64,000 nucleotides of DNA from Eukaryota sp. TZLM1-RC (GCA_040285825.1 JAUPSS010000006.1:434001-498000); one strand, 5' to 3'; positions 23,401-36,359 are shown, numbered from the stretch's first letter. Notes: a model not told the origin generated them from the letters alone. Numbers and translations are program-made.

Positions 23401-23634
23401 ATTGAGAATGTTAAAAACAACACATAAAAATTTGTTTGTAGAAATTAACAAAGATTTATGAAAGAGTTGTATGACTTTTTGAAAAATGTGAGATTTTGAA
23501 ATAAAATTTCAAATTCTCTATCAAATATTACAAACTCTTATATACCATTTTATACTCGCAAAAGCTTATATAATACACACATAATTAAGAGGTTTTACAT
23601 TTCCATAGTTTATTTTGAAGTTATGTAAAATGAT
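20476..23634. repeat. ~455-bp tandem satellite, about 7 units
   Basis: Marker CCACAGTGATTCGAACAC at 20554, 21010, 21464, 21922, 22376, 22832, 23286; fragment at ~17915-18015. Confidence 0.97.
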
Positions 23635-23786
23635 ATTCTTCCATAAATACCCAGCAAAATTCTTACCATTTGAACGACATAAATTATCATAACAAATCTG
23701 AACAAAGTTTTGTCCAGAGTAGTTTCACTAACACAAATGGTGCAAGGCAGTACATTCAAAAAAACGATGTGAGACGTTAGTGGGGT

Positions 23787-23807
23787 CAGTGGGATCGGCC
23801 GACCTAA
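23787..23807 (-). repeat. Internally deleted B-box element head
   Basis: CAGTGGGA|TCGGCCGACCTAA equals the 9733-9773 sequence minus 20 bp. Confidence 0.55.
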
Positions 23808-24069
23808 ATCTGACTCACGTTGGACATTGAAATGTTATTGGACCATTTATTGCACTAATTGTGTACATACTAACTTTGGTAGCACAATATACCTTAAATA
23901 TTCCTTATTCCATCTCCAACTGATCGGCATTGAATCCTTTTCATGTCTCATCACCGCGTTCAAAAACTTATTGACAAGGTGACTTCTGATCCAAACACGA
24001 AAAGTGTTAAATCGTTATTCACAAGTTGACTTGGCTTGATATGATTTGACATGAGTCATTAGATTATGT

Positions 24070-24577
24070 TGTCTGATGATAGAGGTGATGTATACTGTGA
24101 TTGGATTGATAATTCTGAAGCTATTGTTGACTTTGTCTCATGTAATGTTGCAAATGATACTTTGGTTCACAGAAGAAAACTTAATCCTGTGAGTGCTCTT
24201 GATTTTAAAGCAAAAGAGAAACATAGAAAATATGATAAAGATATTGAAGAGGCTAATGCCAATAGAAATACCCAGCTGGTTTTTATTGCTTTCCCATTTT
24301 CGATAAATGGAAGATTATCAGTTGAAGCAGAAACTTTTTTGGATGACTTCCAAAAAATGGTGCAAGAAAAAACAATGAAAAGATTTGATATTTTTTTATG
24401 GCGTTCACGGATTCAATTTGCCATTATTAATAGATTACCTCGGTTTTCCAATCGAATTAGAGAAGCTTTAGCTAGACAGCAAGCAGATCAAGATTTTGTA
24501 GAGGAAATCTTGGTTCAATGATAGTCGTCCCATTAGTTATGAGTTAATTTAATTAAGTGTGCAAATTCAATAAATAC
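24070..24577 (+). mobile_element. 5'-truncated RLE non-LTR retrotransposon 3' end
   Basis: Near-identical to 6530-7037, open frame to 24521. Confidence 0.85.
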
Positions 24578-24619
24578 ACGCATTATGTTAGTTGAAAGTT
24601 CCATTTATTGAAATGAAAA

Positions 24620-25060
24620 ACACACTTATCTATTTATCCATCTCCAATCCCTTTTGTTTCATTGTACCGAGCCCCCTGGAGTCGGGCATGCTTAGCCATT
24701 CCCCTCGTATTCCGAGATTGCATGACGCTCTCTTCTTCCGGCGTCAGCGCCCCATCGATACTCATCGTTCTTGCTTTTGATGTCTGCCACAGCGTTGATG
24801 TCGTTGTTCTTGCTTACGATCGTTTATTTCTTAGCTCTTTCTTTAGTTTTTCTTGTTCTTACTTGTTGTTCAGAGCAACCCTCACCAAGCCACTCAGTAT
24901 CTCTTCACTTCCACGTTTTTTGTCATTCTCAACTCCATCATCTTTTCGTTGAATCTTTTGCAACATTTGTGCTTTATCTTTTCCTGTGTTTTTTCCTTCA
25001 TTGGGACTCGAACTCGTGACTCTTTTCATTTTTTTGGAGTTGGTGAGATTCGAACCCAGC
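24620..25060 (-). repeat. Divergent B-box element with two B-boxes
   Basis: GGGCATGCTTAGCCATTCCCC core at ~24685; GGGACTCGAAC 25003-25013 and GAGATTCGAAC 25045-25055. Confidence 0.6.
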
Positions 25061-25638
25061 ACCTCAGTCTTGTCCAATTTTGATGAACCTGGAATTTGAC
25101 CAATGTCCAATGTCTAAACTTTAGTTTCAGTTGATTTTAATGGTAATGTTATTGATGGATGCTATTTACCTCTTATTACTCTTGCTGAATCCATTGTTGA
25201 GTTTGATGATTTAGTTGTTGTTGGTTGTTCAACTTAATCTTTTGCTACTGATTAAACCATTGAATTAAACTATGTGGGTTTGCTACTCATGACCATTTTA
25301 TATTAATCAAAATTAATTGGATTATGATTAATGATGTGTTTCTGAATCTTGTTATGGTTTATTTATCAATGTAGATGACTCAATTGTGGATTTTACCAAT
25401 ATTAAAACTTTAGGTCTAGTTGATGCTGAAGGTAAAGTTATTAGTGGATGTACTAATAATTTTTCTCATTACCCTTGTTAAATCTAATGTTGATCCTGTA
25501 CTTGTTGTTTGTTGTTTGTTGTCAATCTCAATCTATTAATGCTACTTATTCTACTACTGATTTCGAAACTGTTGTTGTTGGTGGTTCAACTTGGATGATT
25601 ACCTTGAATTAACCAAAACTATTTGATTTTTTAAATTT

Positions 25639-25960
25639 AGAGTCTCTACCAAATATTGAGAGTAATTCTCTTTGTTTAGAATCTCTATTAATAAATGCAT
25701 AAATGGCTGAGTAATCATCAATCATTCAGTTTTTAACTGTTTGAAGTTGATTACGGTCAAGAAAGATCTGATTACGTGTGTCTGTATAGTCTACATGTTT
25801 TTGGATCTTTGTAGGTTTAATACTTACAGTAACTTCAGTTATGAATTAATTTGAGGGTTTCTTTTTTTCACCTCAACATGATTAATTCATTTTTAATTCT
25901 ATTATTTATTTCTACATTTAATATAGGTTTAATTATGTGATGACTAAAGTAGGATCGATC
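25639..25960. repeat. Conserved ~250-bp module, copy 3 (preceded by two VVVGC modules)
   Basis: Direct similarity to copy 1, including the ATGACTAAAG.AGG.TCGAT tail. Confidence 0.9.
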
Positions 25961-26589
25961 TTTTGAATTTCTTCCTTTATTGTTGTTTTCCCTTTTCTAG
26001 AGATTGTCATTTTTCTCAAAAAAATATGTTTTTTATTGTCCTCTGCAATTTCAACTAACCCTTTTGACTGGAGGAGGAGGGTGTTTTTGAGCACCTATAT
26101 CTTCATGTTGATCACTTTTGAGTGAATCAACACATACTATTGAATAAATATTCTTATGAGCAGTAACCTTATGAATATTGTCTTCATTTGTCTTTTGTTC
26201 TGTTTTGAGAACCATGAACAGCAGCCAATGACCTAATTCATTATCTAAATCAGCTTCATCAAAGAAGAAGTACCTAAAGGTACTGCATACTTTCTTTTTA
26301 AACAATTTGGAATCCAAAGATGAAGATCATAAAGTCGAAATTTTAATTTTGAAATATCAAAAATATCCAAAAGTAGTACAAATGAAATATTATCAAAATC
26401 TAATATATTATTTTCAATTTCAAATTTACGTTTCAAAAATTCAACACATCTATATATTTCATTAAAATGGTGTATGCTTTTTATTTGATATGTACTATCT
26501 TCTTTTATTCCTGGTAACAATTTTTCTAGGATAAGGTCTTTTATCATTTTCAAAAAAATATAATCATTTTTAAAAAAAGAACAAGTCTT

Positions 26590-27430
26590 TTTATTGAGCT
26601 ATAAGTAATGGTACAATATCATATTTTTCTTCAACAATAATTACATTTTCCACATAATCCCAGATACGTTCTATTTTGTTTTCATCACAATCATGTTTCC
26701 CAGTGCCCTTGGAAAGAGTAGCAGTGGCAGGAGAAGTGGTTGTACTCTTATCTTCCGAGGAAAGTGAAGGCAAAGGTGAAGGTACAGAATTTGTAGGGTC
26801 AAGTTGACGCCTAAGTTGATTTTGAAGCCTGTTTAAGTCAGGAACAGGTTTGTTGCGATATTTGCAATAGTGTGGATTCTGTGAGCTGCTGCGGAAAGAT
26901 ATAGTGGGCTCTTGGAGAGAGGTGTTTCTCACAAGAATCAACCACGATGTGATAAGGTAAGTGTCATCTTCATCTTCATTTACATTGGCAATTTCTTCAT
27001 CGTAGTTTTCATTTACATTGCGGACAATGAATAATAAAATGGAATGGAAAATAAATAAAAGTGGAATGTGAGTGTATTCCATATTTGTGAACAGCAGCTT
27101 CCATTAATTCAAATAATTGAGCAGTAATAGTTGTACCAAAATCTGTTACCTCTGAATCATCAGTGCTTGAATGCAGCTGCACAAATTCCATATCTTCAGC
27201 AACTGGACACTGTTGATCTAGCGTTTGCGGACCCTGGGGCTGAGTATTCGGTCGTTGATGCATTATCTGTTGTTCACGACATCTCCGATGTTGACCCCAT
27301 ACTAAATATTTTTGATATTTTAAATAATTTAATTATTTTCTTTTGAACGCAACTCTCCATTAGGTGACACATTCATAATAATTGCAATGTGTTTTTCATT
27401 GAATGCGAATTGTGAATGGTTTCGCAAATC
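26590..27430 (-). pseudogene. Scrambled fragments of the JAB gene and its 3' region
   Basis: 27345-27430, 26950-27090 and 26635-26690 match 40430-40520, 40650-40790 and 40560-40610. Confidence 0.7.
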
Positions 27431-27773
27431 AATTACAGAAGGAGAAATTGTTGCATTTTGTGGATGAGTATGAATCCAACCCACAAATCCGTTGTTTGGA
27501 TTGTCCTAATAAGAATAATGGCAATTCTACAAGAATCAAGAAGGGGTACAAGATATTTGAGAATACAGACCCAAATGGCATGGCTGGATGAAAATTGGTG
27601 TGAAGTGGAATTTTCATTTGGAAATTGAAATCTCATCCATTCTCATTCCTTCTCACAAACTTATTTCTTTTCTCGCCGATTCTAACAGTGGAAAGTTTGT
27701 CAAACTATTGACAGGAACAGGGCTAGACATGAATTAATTAATTAATTTAATGAATATATATATATTGAATGAA

Positions 27774-28559
27774 TTAATTTAGAGGGTTTCTTTTCAACGG
27801 TGTTTCATTTGACTTGAGAATTTTGCTGAAAACTGATCTGTCGAACCTTGATGATCTTCCAATCTCCTCAAGAATTTTCGTCTGTTCGGTACATGTTCCT
27901 GTCAACTTGTTTAATATCTGAATAAATAAGTATTTGAGAGCATAACCAAAAGGAGTATTTCTAGCAAACTGTAACATATTTCTCAGATATAAGGATCCAT
28001 GATATAACTCTCTTGCATCTTCTCGAATCCCGAACAAAACAAAAGAGAAAATTTCTCTCATGAGGGGAGCATGGAGATCGAAAAATGTCGCTGCTGCAGT
28101 GCACAGTAAACTTCTATATTCAAAAAACTCAACTTCTTGTCGTAATCTTTCTTGAATGTTATTCCTTCTTCGAGTCCATTTATCTCCGCTAAAGTCGGCA
28201 GGCCCATTTCCTACGGCATTAAGAAGATATACTGCATCAGCAGCACTCGGAATCTTTAAAGAATGATCCGGAATCAGCATTTCAACAGAGATAGGCCTAG
28301 TAGAGGCTAGATGATCAGCATAACTAGGATACTTAGAGCATAGTTGCCCTAAAATGATATACAATGCACATTTCCCTAACAAATCTTTTTCTTGATCAGT
28401 TAGATCTTTAAAACCAAGGTTTAATCGCTGAATTCCATCTATTACCTGCCTTGCCTCCATTTTTCCATCAAAAGAGATACGGACAACGGTCAGAATTTCT
28501 TGAGCATGAAAAGAAGTTCCTATTACAGAAGTAGAAGGTAACAGATGAGTGTATTCCAT
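27774..28559 (-). CDS. Hypothetical protein, 261 aa
   Basis: Long open ORF, no recognised motif. Confidence 0.6.
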   Translation of the reverse strand: MEYTHLLPSTSVIGTSFHAQEILTVVRISFDGKMEARQVIDGIQRLNLGFKDLTDQEKDLLGKCALYIILGQLCSKYPSYADHLASTRPISVEMLIPDHSLKIPSAADAVYLLNAVGNGPADFSGDKWTRRRNNIQERLRQEVEFFEYRSLLCTAAATFFDLHAPLMREIFSFVLFGIREDARELYHGSLYLRNMLQFARNTPFGYALKYLFIQILNKLTGTCTEQTKILEEIGRSSRFDRSVFSKILKSNETPLKRNPLN

Positions 28560-29257
28560 TGAGAAAGAACAATTTTATCTAGTGTAGAATCCTCCTCCCC
28601 CACTCAATGTACGAGGTTACGATTACAAACTCCACCTCCAACAATAATGTATTACAAGGGCAGATATACGGAAGTTGCTCCCTCCCCCCTTCCTTTTTAA
28701 AAAAAGTCAAGGTTAAGTTATGGGATACAGGTACAGTCATCGAGCTCACCTCTTCCAGCGAATGGGAACGACGATGTATTTTAACCCTCCCACTTTAACA
28801 ATTTTTGTAGACAGGCAGTACTTTAACAACAAATGATGCCTCTTTCAGATTTTTGAACTTTGTTACTTTGTTTACTATTGTTTTCAGTCCATCATAGACC
28901 CTGCATATTTATTAGCGAATCCATTATTCGATTCCATAATAACTTTACTAACGACACTACCACGTTACTCGTCCACGAAAAAAGGAAAAAGCAGAACGTC
29001 ATTATGTAACGACTAAAGCTAATACAACAAAGTATTCAAACACATGGATCTTGGAACGAGTTCTTTTACGTTATTGCTCACTCCTTTATTCTACATTATT
29101 GTTAAAGGGATATAATACATCAACTATCAAGAAGTAAGACCCGTGTTTTTGTGAATCCAGTGCGAAAATAATAGTAGACATCAGGAAACATTAGAATTTA
29201 GTTATTAGTATTTTGTATATTTATAGTTTAGTTTTTAGTTTAAAGTTAATTAATTTT

Positions 29258-29588
29258 GAAAAAGGGAAGAAGTAGTGTTGGCGCCTTTAGGCTTAAATAG
29301 AATAAGGGCAAAATAAATCAACTTTATGTCATGCACTTTATGTCATGCACTTTATGTCAATCATCTTTATCTCAACCACTTTTGCAACCTAAGGCAACAA
29401 TAATTATTTGAATAATAAGTATCCATTAAGTTATTAAGTATCTGATAATGTTGCTGTTAGGCATTATGCTAGCTGTATGTTAGATGTATGTGTAAGGCGG
29501 GTTAAGATAAAGATAATTTTATTTAATGTTATTCAATATACTTAGGTACTCACTAGTGAGGTACCTACACTACCTTCTCCCTTTTTCT
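29258..29588. mobile_element. Two convergent PPT + LTR starts
   Basis: Plus strand GAAAAAGGGAAGAAGTAG|TGTTG (LTR from 29276); minus strand GAAAAAGGGAGAAGGTAG|TGTAG (LTR from 29569). Confidence 0.6.
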
Positions 29589-29597
29589 TAATAAAAA

Positions 29598-30248
29598 TTA
29601 TGTACAATTGTTCTTCCGCTTCCTCTGCGGATAACGCTTTTGCTGAGACACGGGGAGAGCCCGAGCTGCGTTGTTGGATTTAATAGATTTACGTTTTCTC
29701 TTATTTGGTTTCTTATTAAATCGTAGATACGCTTCTGAATATCTGATAGAATTGAGTGGTTCCTCGGTAGTATCTCCACCAAACCATCTCACAGTACAGA
29801 AGGGTCCTTGAGCAGAATTATACTCGTCAAGGATTTCTTCGATGACATGTTTACCTGAATCTGTGGCTGCGATTGCCCTAAGTAGATCAACATCGTTAGG
29901 ATCGTCAGCGTTATAAATTTTACAGTCCCTCTTAGATACTTTTGTTTGTTCACCAGTCGTCAGGTTCTTTATTAATAAAGTGGAGTTGGAAGGGGTTTCT
30001 AAAACCAGATATGGGCCTAACCAAGATTCATGCAATTTATTAGGCTGTTTAGTCTTTCGAAGGATATAGTCACCAATATTAAATGTATTTTCATCGATGT
30101 TTTTCGTATGACTGGGTGTATTTAATAGTTGGTGATGCTCTGCTTCTTCCCATCTCTTTTGAAGACGATCATTCTTAAATTTGAGGTCTTGTAAAAGTGG
30201 TACATTGGATTCGAAATCGAAAATGCCTCCTAGGATGTTAGCCCCCAC
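29598..30248 (-). mobile_element. Gypsy-type integrase C-terminus with chromodomain
   Basis: KLHESWLGPYLV (GPY/F motif); VIEEILD..VRWFG..TEEP chromodomain; followed by a PPT. Confidence 0.85.
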
Positions 30249-30290
30249 CCAAAGAGCGCCTCAATTGACAACTGAAATCTCACTGGCACA

Positions 30291-30505
30291 GTGGAGATTG
30301 ACTCATCTCAGTATTCTGAACTGAGAAATCCATGGAGTGTACGAGAGAGTTATAATTTATGGATTCTCTGGTTAAAGAATAGACCACACAGAGGTGAACG
30401 CACTAATTGGAAGAGAATACTTGAGCTTGGTCTTCAAAAAAAAGCATTCTTGTCTCATAGGAATACTACCAATTTAAAATACCGTATCCGTACGCTTCTG
30501 GAAAA
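30291..30505 (+). pseudogene. Myb/SANT domain, telobox(TRF)-like, fused to satellite
   Basis: RNPWSVRESYNL..TNWKRIL..F..RNTTNLKYRIRTL. Confidence 0.55.
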
Positions 30506-31020
30506 TTGTAGAAATTCTCACATTTTTCAAAAAGTCATACAACTCTTTCATAAATCTTTGTTGATTTCTACAAACAAAATTTAATTGTTGTTTTAAACAA
30601 CATTTTTATTCCAGTAATTTTATTGTTTCGTAATGTGATATTTTTGTTTTCTCATTTTTCTAACTTCTTCAACTTTTATATTGGAAAATAATGTTGGAAA
30701 AATGAATGTGTTCCAATCACTGTGGTCTTGAATATGTATAGTCAAATAAGCTAAAGACAATGCTGAGAGTGTTTAAAGTGTGTTAATGTGAGTGTAATGT
30801 GTAGATTTTCATTATCATTGACCATAATCCCTATCATTTTACATAACTTCAAAATAGACTATGTAACTGTAAAACCTCTTAATTATGTGTATATTGTATA
30901 AGCTCTTGCGAGTGAAAAATGGTATATAAGAGTTTGTAATATTTGATAGAGAATTTGAAATTTTATTTCAAAGTATCACATTTTTCAAAAAGTGATACAA
31001 TTCTTTCATAAATCTTTGTT
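30505..31020 (-). repeat. Inverted monomer of the 455-bp satellite
   Basis: Reverse complement of the 20476-23634 unit; B-box mutated to GTTCCAATC. Confidence 0.9.
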
Positions 31021-31414
31021 AATTGCTACTTGCTTTTTCATAGAACTACAACAAGAAAACCAAGTAGATGACAATGAGGAGCACGAGCCAGTTGAGTTCT
31101 TGTCAGCTGAACAGTTTTTGGCAGCGAAAATTCAAGATGGAAGGATGTTTGTTGAAGCTGATGTGATTGAAGAAGAAACTGTTGTGTTTCCTTCTCAAGA
31201 AATCAATTCCTCCATTTTTATTCTCACAAAAAGATCCTCGGGAATACTAAAATTTTCTTTTTCTCCAAGCTAACGCAGCCTTCAATGACCTCAGCTCAAG
31301 GTCAGTCAACTCATTCGGCAATGGATCTTTTGCAACGTAGAGAAAAGGTTCAGGGTAGGTGTAGAAAAAGGTATATTCTTCTTCACTACTGTCTTCTTCC
31401 TCTTCCTCGACAGT

Positions 31415-31522
31415 ACTAGAAAGAAAAATTGTTGGTTTTTCGCATAAAATTTTGGGTTTTCGCGAGATTGTGATATCTCGCATTGATATTCATGCAACTG
31501 TGATTAGTAGTAGGAAAGTACA
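31415..31522 (-). pseudogene. Second SF3 helicase fragment (motif B'/C)
   Basis: Homologous to 1570-1660 (CMNINARYHNLA..IFLS) and retains the CACAG acceptor. Confidence 0.6.
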
Positions 31523-31599
31523 TGGCCGAAGTTTAGAGTGATTAAGCTCAATATTGGGGTTCGACCCATTGGCAGCTGAATAACAAAAATTCATTATGT

Positions 31600-31990
31600 C
31601 TTCTGGGTCCTCAGTGGAAATACATTCTATTTTATTGTTGATTAAAATGAAAGTAAAGGAAAAAGATTCACGTTTTTCGCTCTTTCAGAACTAATTGAAA
31701 ATCTCTAATTATGTGATTGAAGGGTCTGTTAATATTACGCAATTGTCCAAAAACATACACGGAAGGGAATGGCACTGCCGGAGGAGTTGATGGAGTTTGA
31801 GGAGTAGATGAGGTTTGAGGAGTTGATGGAGATGTATTTTGAGCTAAAGAGTGACGGGGTCTTTTCCGCTGCCTTGGGAGTCGACATGGGCGGCATCTAC
31901 AACATCCAACATCCAAAAGAGATACATCCTGCAGAGAGGATCAGAGGGAGAGGGAAGAGATACCGGATCAGGAAATCGGAACCATTCTTG
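31600..31990 (-). pseudogene. Orphan 'RxFNH' family member with N-terminal DxGCCxCxxC
   Basis: DVGCCRCRPC, S/T/P linker, NINRPFNHII..FSFTFI. Confidence 0.55.
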
Positions 31991-32559
31991 AATTCTCAGC
32001 TCCCACCCACCCTGATCAACCTTCTATCACCGATTTGTCTTCCCTACGTTGTTGTTGGCGGTTGTAATGTGACTTTACACACCTGTATACCTTCGTGTAG
32101 TGTATGACAACCATTATGGTACTGTTGTATGTGTAGTTTTCCTGTCGTTATCATTGTAATAAACAAAAGATGTTTCCTTCCTTTGTATCAACTACAAAAT
32201 AAACCCAAAATACAAATTCTCTATTTTAGACTCTACATTAATGTACCACTGAACGTACCATAAATTCATTTTCCAACACAAAAACATAGATTGCCCATAT
32301 AAATAGTTGAGCTGTTGATATGATGAAAAGAAGGCAAATTGGCAATGTTGGAATTCATTAGAAGTGAAGATGGAAATAGGAAATGGTAAAATGAAAAGTG
32401 GTTGGTTTTTGCAATAATCCCTACTGTGCTTTGCACCCCAGGTCCTCAATTTTCATTTCACTCACACCCAAATCAATGACATTTAAAAAGCTTTTTTCGT
32501 CTCCCCAGACACCCGTAGTGTTCCCCAAAGCACCCATATTGTCTCCAAAAAGTTCTCCC

Positions 32560-33984
32560 AAAACACTATTAAGCCTGGCTATAGCCTAGCAATCCTGAAG
32601 AGCTTAAAAACTTGGCGTCTTATTTTTTCGCAAAAGTTCCAGACGTTGAGGACATTGCACATTTAGAGCAATAAATTTATTCATTTTTAACCCAAACACT
32701 ACAAAACAAGTGACTAAATAAATGATTAATTAAGTTGATAAAAGTAGATTCAAGTAAAAACTCACTCAATGTATTTTGATAGAGAACGTTGGTAAAAGTA
32801 TGGACTTTTATAAACTTCATCATCCACCCAACCTGCATGATTGAATAGTCCAGCACAATTTTTCAATGTCAAATTTTTGAGGCTGTGAGTCATAATATGC
32901 ATGCTTTGATTTTGGTAAGAATGATAACAAATTTCCTGAACTTTTGCTCTCCAATCTTTAATATAAGCCTCTATTGGATTCATTTCAGGACAATAGGGTG
33001 GTAAAATCAGTTGTTTTATACCAATTGCGTTGAGTCCCTTTGATATACTGTCATGCTGATGAATTCGACATCCATCCATAATAAAAATTAATCTGTGATG
33101 ATTTCGACTTTTGACAATTGATTCAATGAGATCAGATAAATAATTGACAAATTCAGATCTGGAAAAATGTCCCTCTTTCGAGTGACAAAATAAATAACCA
33201 TTAACCGTTATGGCTACAATAAAGTTTACTTGCCGTTCTTTGATCTGATTTCGAAGCTCAACAACTGGTGTCCCTTTCGGTGACCTGCCATAAACCCTGG
33301 AGCTCCACTCTGAAATTCAATTCATCAATGAAGACAAGCTGTTTCTGAATGATAATTCCGAATTTACGACGAAAATAATTAGAAAAACTGTGAATGAGTT
33401 CTGCTTTGGCTTTTTGCACAACCATGCGTGCTTTTTTACGGTGAAATTTCTTTTCTCTACTAAAAATCTATGTATGGTTGAAACCGATACTTGTTTATTT
33501 GAATGAATTTCCAAAATAGTCTTGATCTCTTTTAAAAAAAGAAGGGGACGGGTGTTCAATAAATGGTCCAGAAATTCACCATCTGCATTTGTCAAAACAC
33601 ATCTTGAAATTGTTGATTTATTGTTGGGTTTAAAAGATCATGTACCCACTTCGAAATTGTCGTTTGGTGAACCCAAAACAGTTGACCAACTTCGGTTTGG
33701 GTTCGACCAAGGAAAAACACTGTATAAAGTGCCCTAACTCGAGTATCTTCACTCGTATGATATCTAAGGGACGAGAGAGCTGATGATTGAGACTTTTCTA
33801 TAGAAATGAGTGCATTACGTAGAGAAGGAAGATTGTCATGGGATAAAAGAAGATCGAAGGTGTATGGCATTGATGGGGAGGCGTGAGAGGAGGTTGGTTG
33901 TGAAATGGGTGGATGGATGTTGCGAATTTGAAAATAAGCACCCGAGTTGCAAATCACAGTATTCAACCCAGGCGAATCATACAG
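32560..33984 (-). mobile_element. Two-gene IS630/Tc1 element, frameshifted transposase (32762-33870)
   Basis: MPYTFDLLL..SEDTRVRALY, MDGCRIH, LPPYCPEMNPIE, YKSPY; TIR reverse-complement CTGTATGATTCGCCTGGGTTGAATA ending 33984; convergent ORF2 end FFAKVPDVEDIAHLEQ* at 32674. Confidence 0.85.
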
Positions 33985-34428
33985 ATCAACTTTGTAATTC
34001 TGATTTTCATTCTCCATCCCGATACCCTTTCGCTTTCGCTATTGAGGTTTATAGTTCCGGGCACACTTAGCCCTTCCCGTCGTCCACTCTTAACGCTAGA
34101 CGCTAACGGTCCATGACATCGGTATTTTCCTTGTATCATTCTTGATGATGATTCTCCTTTCTGTTGCATAACCACTGATGGTACATCTCCCCTCTCAAAT
34201 CTCTTCCCTTAAACATAAGACCATCGTCCCTCTTTTGCGATTACCCATCCCAATTTCCTTGTTTGGACTTTGTTGAATGGATACATTACCCACACAGGCT
34301 CTCTCGAACTCTTTTCTGCTGTTTCTGGTTCACCAGTTCCGTTGTTCATCTACCTTTGAAATTCTTTCTGAAATTTGAACTCATCCGGTGGGACTCGAAC
34401 CCAGACAGATGTGTCGGCCGACATATCT
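33985..34428 (-). repeat. B-box/palindrome element
   Basis: Distal ~120 bp matches 9340-9465; GGGACTCGAAC 34390-34400; extended hairpin AGATGTGTCGG-CCGACATATCT 34407-34428. Confidence 0.75.
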
Positions 34429-34710
34429 AACAGATGATACATCATTAGTTGAGCCGACATGATTTATTTTTCTGTTTTGGTTCCTATTCTTGGACTGTTT
34501 TATATCACCGCTCTTTCACTTAAAAAAGAACAATTATTTGAAAATATTCTGTAATTTAAATTTTGTCGGATCATCAATGTTTTTTAACTATCTCTTTATT
34601 CAACTGTAATACTATTGTTTTAATATTCTACTTTTAATTACAGTTAAACCGATTGATGAGGCTTTGTTTTTAATTTATATCGTTGTGTTATATTATTTAC
34701 TTATTATTTT

Positions 34711-34978
34711 AGAGTTTCTATCAAATATTGAGAGTAATTCTCTTTATTTTGAGTCTCTAATCCTAAATACATAAACGACTGAGTAATCATCATTCATTCA
34801 GTTTTTAACTGTTTGAGGATGATTACGGTCAAGAAAGATCTGATTACGTGTGTCTGTATAGTCTACATGTTTTTGGATTTTTTTGTAGGTTTTATACTTA
34901 CAACAATTTTATTTAATGAATTAATTTGAGGTTTTCTTTTTTTACCTCAACAAAATTAATTTATTTTTATTTTCTTTA
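34711..34978. repeat. Conserved ~250-bp module, copy 4
   Basis: Direct similarity. Confidence 0.9.
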
Positions 34979-35418
34979 TTTAGGGCTAGTAAACCACTTT
35001 CCTTTCTTTTTGGCTCGGTCGAACTTGTATAGGATTGTATATTGTTGTTTTTTGGTTTGACCAACCGAAATAACTGTTTCTTCCGTCAATTGTTTTCGTA
35101 CAGCCTTACGGGAATTTTCTGCTATGTAATTTGTAAGAACTGGAAAAAACTCCAACTTTTCCCCTTTGTACATTTCACTTTTTGATTTTGACAAATCTGA
35201 AGGTTTTCTACCCGGAGAAAACAGTGCATCATTAAAAGCATAATCCTTCAGCAATCGTAGGTGCTGTTCAATATATGGAAAAACTTTAGTTGGAATGACG
35301 ACCTTCCGCCATTTGTCGGTTTTTTTCTCTTGTAAATTTATCTTTTTTTGGAATGAGATTCTGTTTGATGTTTTGCTATTTACCACATCTTTTACTTTTA
35401 CAGCCAATATATCGGATT
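34976..35418 (-). pseudogene. Tyrosine recombinase, first half of catalytic domain
   Basis: SDILAVKVKDV..INLQEKKTDKWRKVVI (Box I tail and patch II KT); partial duplicates at 35655-35835 and ~58440-58600. Confidence 0.65.
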
Positions 35419-35834
35419 ATAAAAAAATACTGGAATAAAAATAAGGAAATTTTTTTTTGAAAAAATGGATTTCAATTTCAGTTGCATCTATCCAATAATG
35501 TTGTAGTCTGTGAATATTTACCCTTGTGATTGTTTTTTGATAACATCAGGAAATTTGGCAGCTCGTCTAACTTTTGGTGTTGCTAATTTGGGCACGGAAT
35601 AACCTTTGTTGATATATTTGCGCTACAGATTGTTTGAGTATGAATAGTGTATGGTTGAAGAACTGGAAAAAACTCCAGCTTTTCCCCTTTGTACATTTCA
35701 CTTTTTGATTTTGACAAATCTGAAGGTTTTCTACTCAGTGGAAACATTGCATCATTAAAAGCATAATCCTTCAGCAATCGTAGGTGCTGTTCAAATATAT
35801 GGATAAACTTTAGTTGGAATGACGACCTTCCGCC

Positions 35835-36356
35835 AAGAGAAGAATTTGACAAACTTTCCTTTTGGGGTTGAATCAATTTAATTATTTTCAAGGATGGAAA
35901 ATTTTTAATAGTGATGTTTGTGGGAATAAACATGGTCAGTGTCAATTCTTGCAAATTGGGTAGTTGGAATTGAATGTTCCTAGGTAGTTGCCTCAAATTT
36001 AATTTAAAAATTGATTCAGGTAAAGGTATTGCTCCGTCTAATACTCCTGGAACACTTGGATCAACTTCCGTCAGAAAGAAAAGCAAATTTTCCAATGATG
36101 ATAGATAGCTTAAATCTGTCACTTTAATAAAGGTGTTTTTAAGTTGCAACTCTTTGATCGACGGTGGCAATGATTTTATAGTAACATTTGCATCAATTGT
36201 TAAAAACTTCAATGTAGATAAATGTGCCAGGTTTAGAAAGCAATCATTGGAACCCATTCTACTGATTAATTCAATATTCTCCACATTCGGAAAATCAAAA
36301 AACAATTGTGGTAGTAAAGGGAAAATTTTTGATGAACATAAAGCTTTCGTGTTCAC
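35835..36356 (-). pseudogene. Leucine-rich repeat protein fragment, fused to recombinase fragment
   Basis: LPPSIKELQL..VTDLSYLSSLENL..LPNLQELTL..FPSLK; paralogue at 58996..59463. Confidence 0.7.
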
Positions 36357-36359
36357 GAC

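Noticed and set aside
26245-26553. AMSH N-terminal MIT-like domain
   Set aside because: Only a vague resemblance; needs a profile search.
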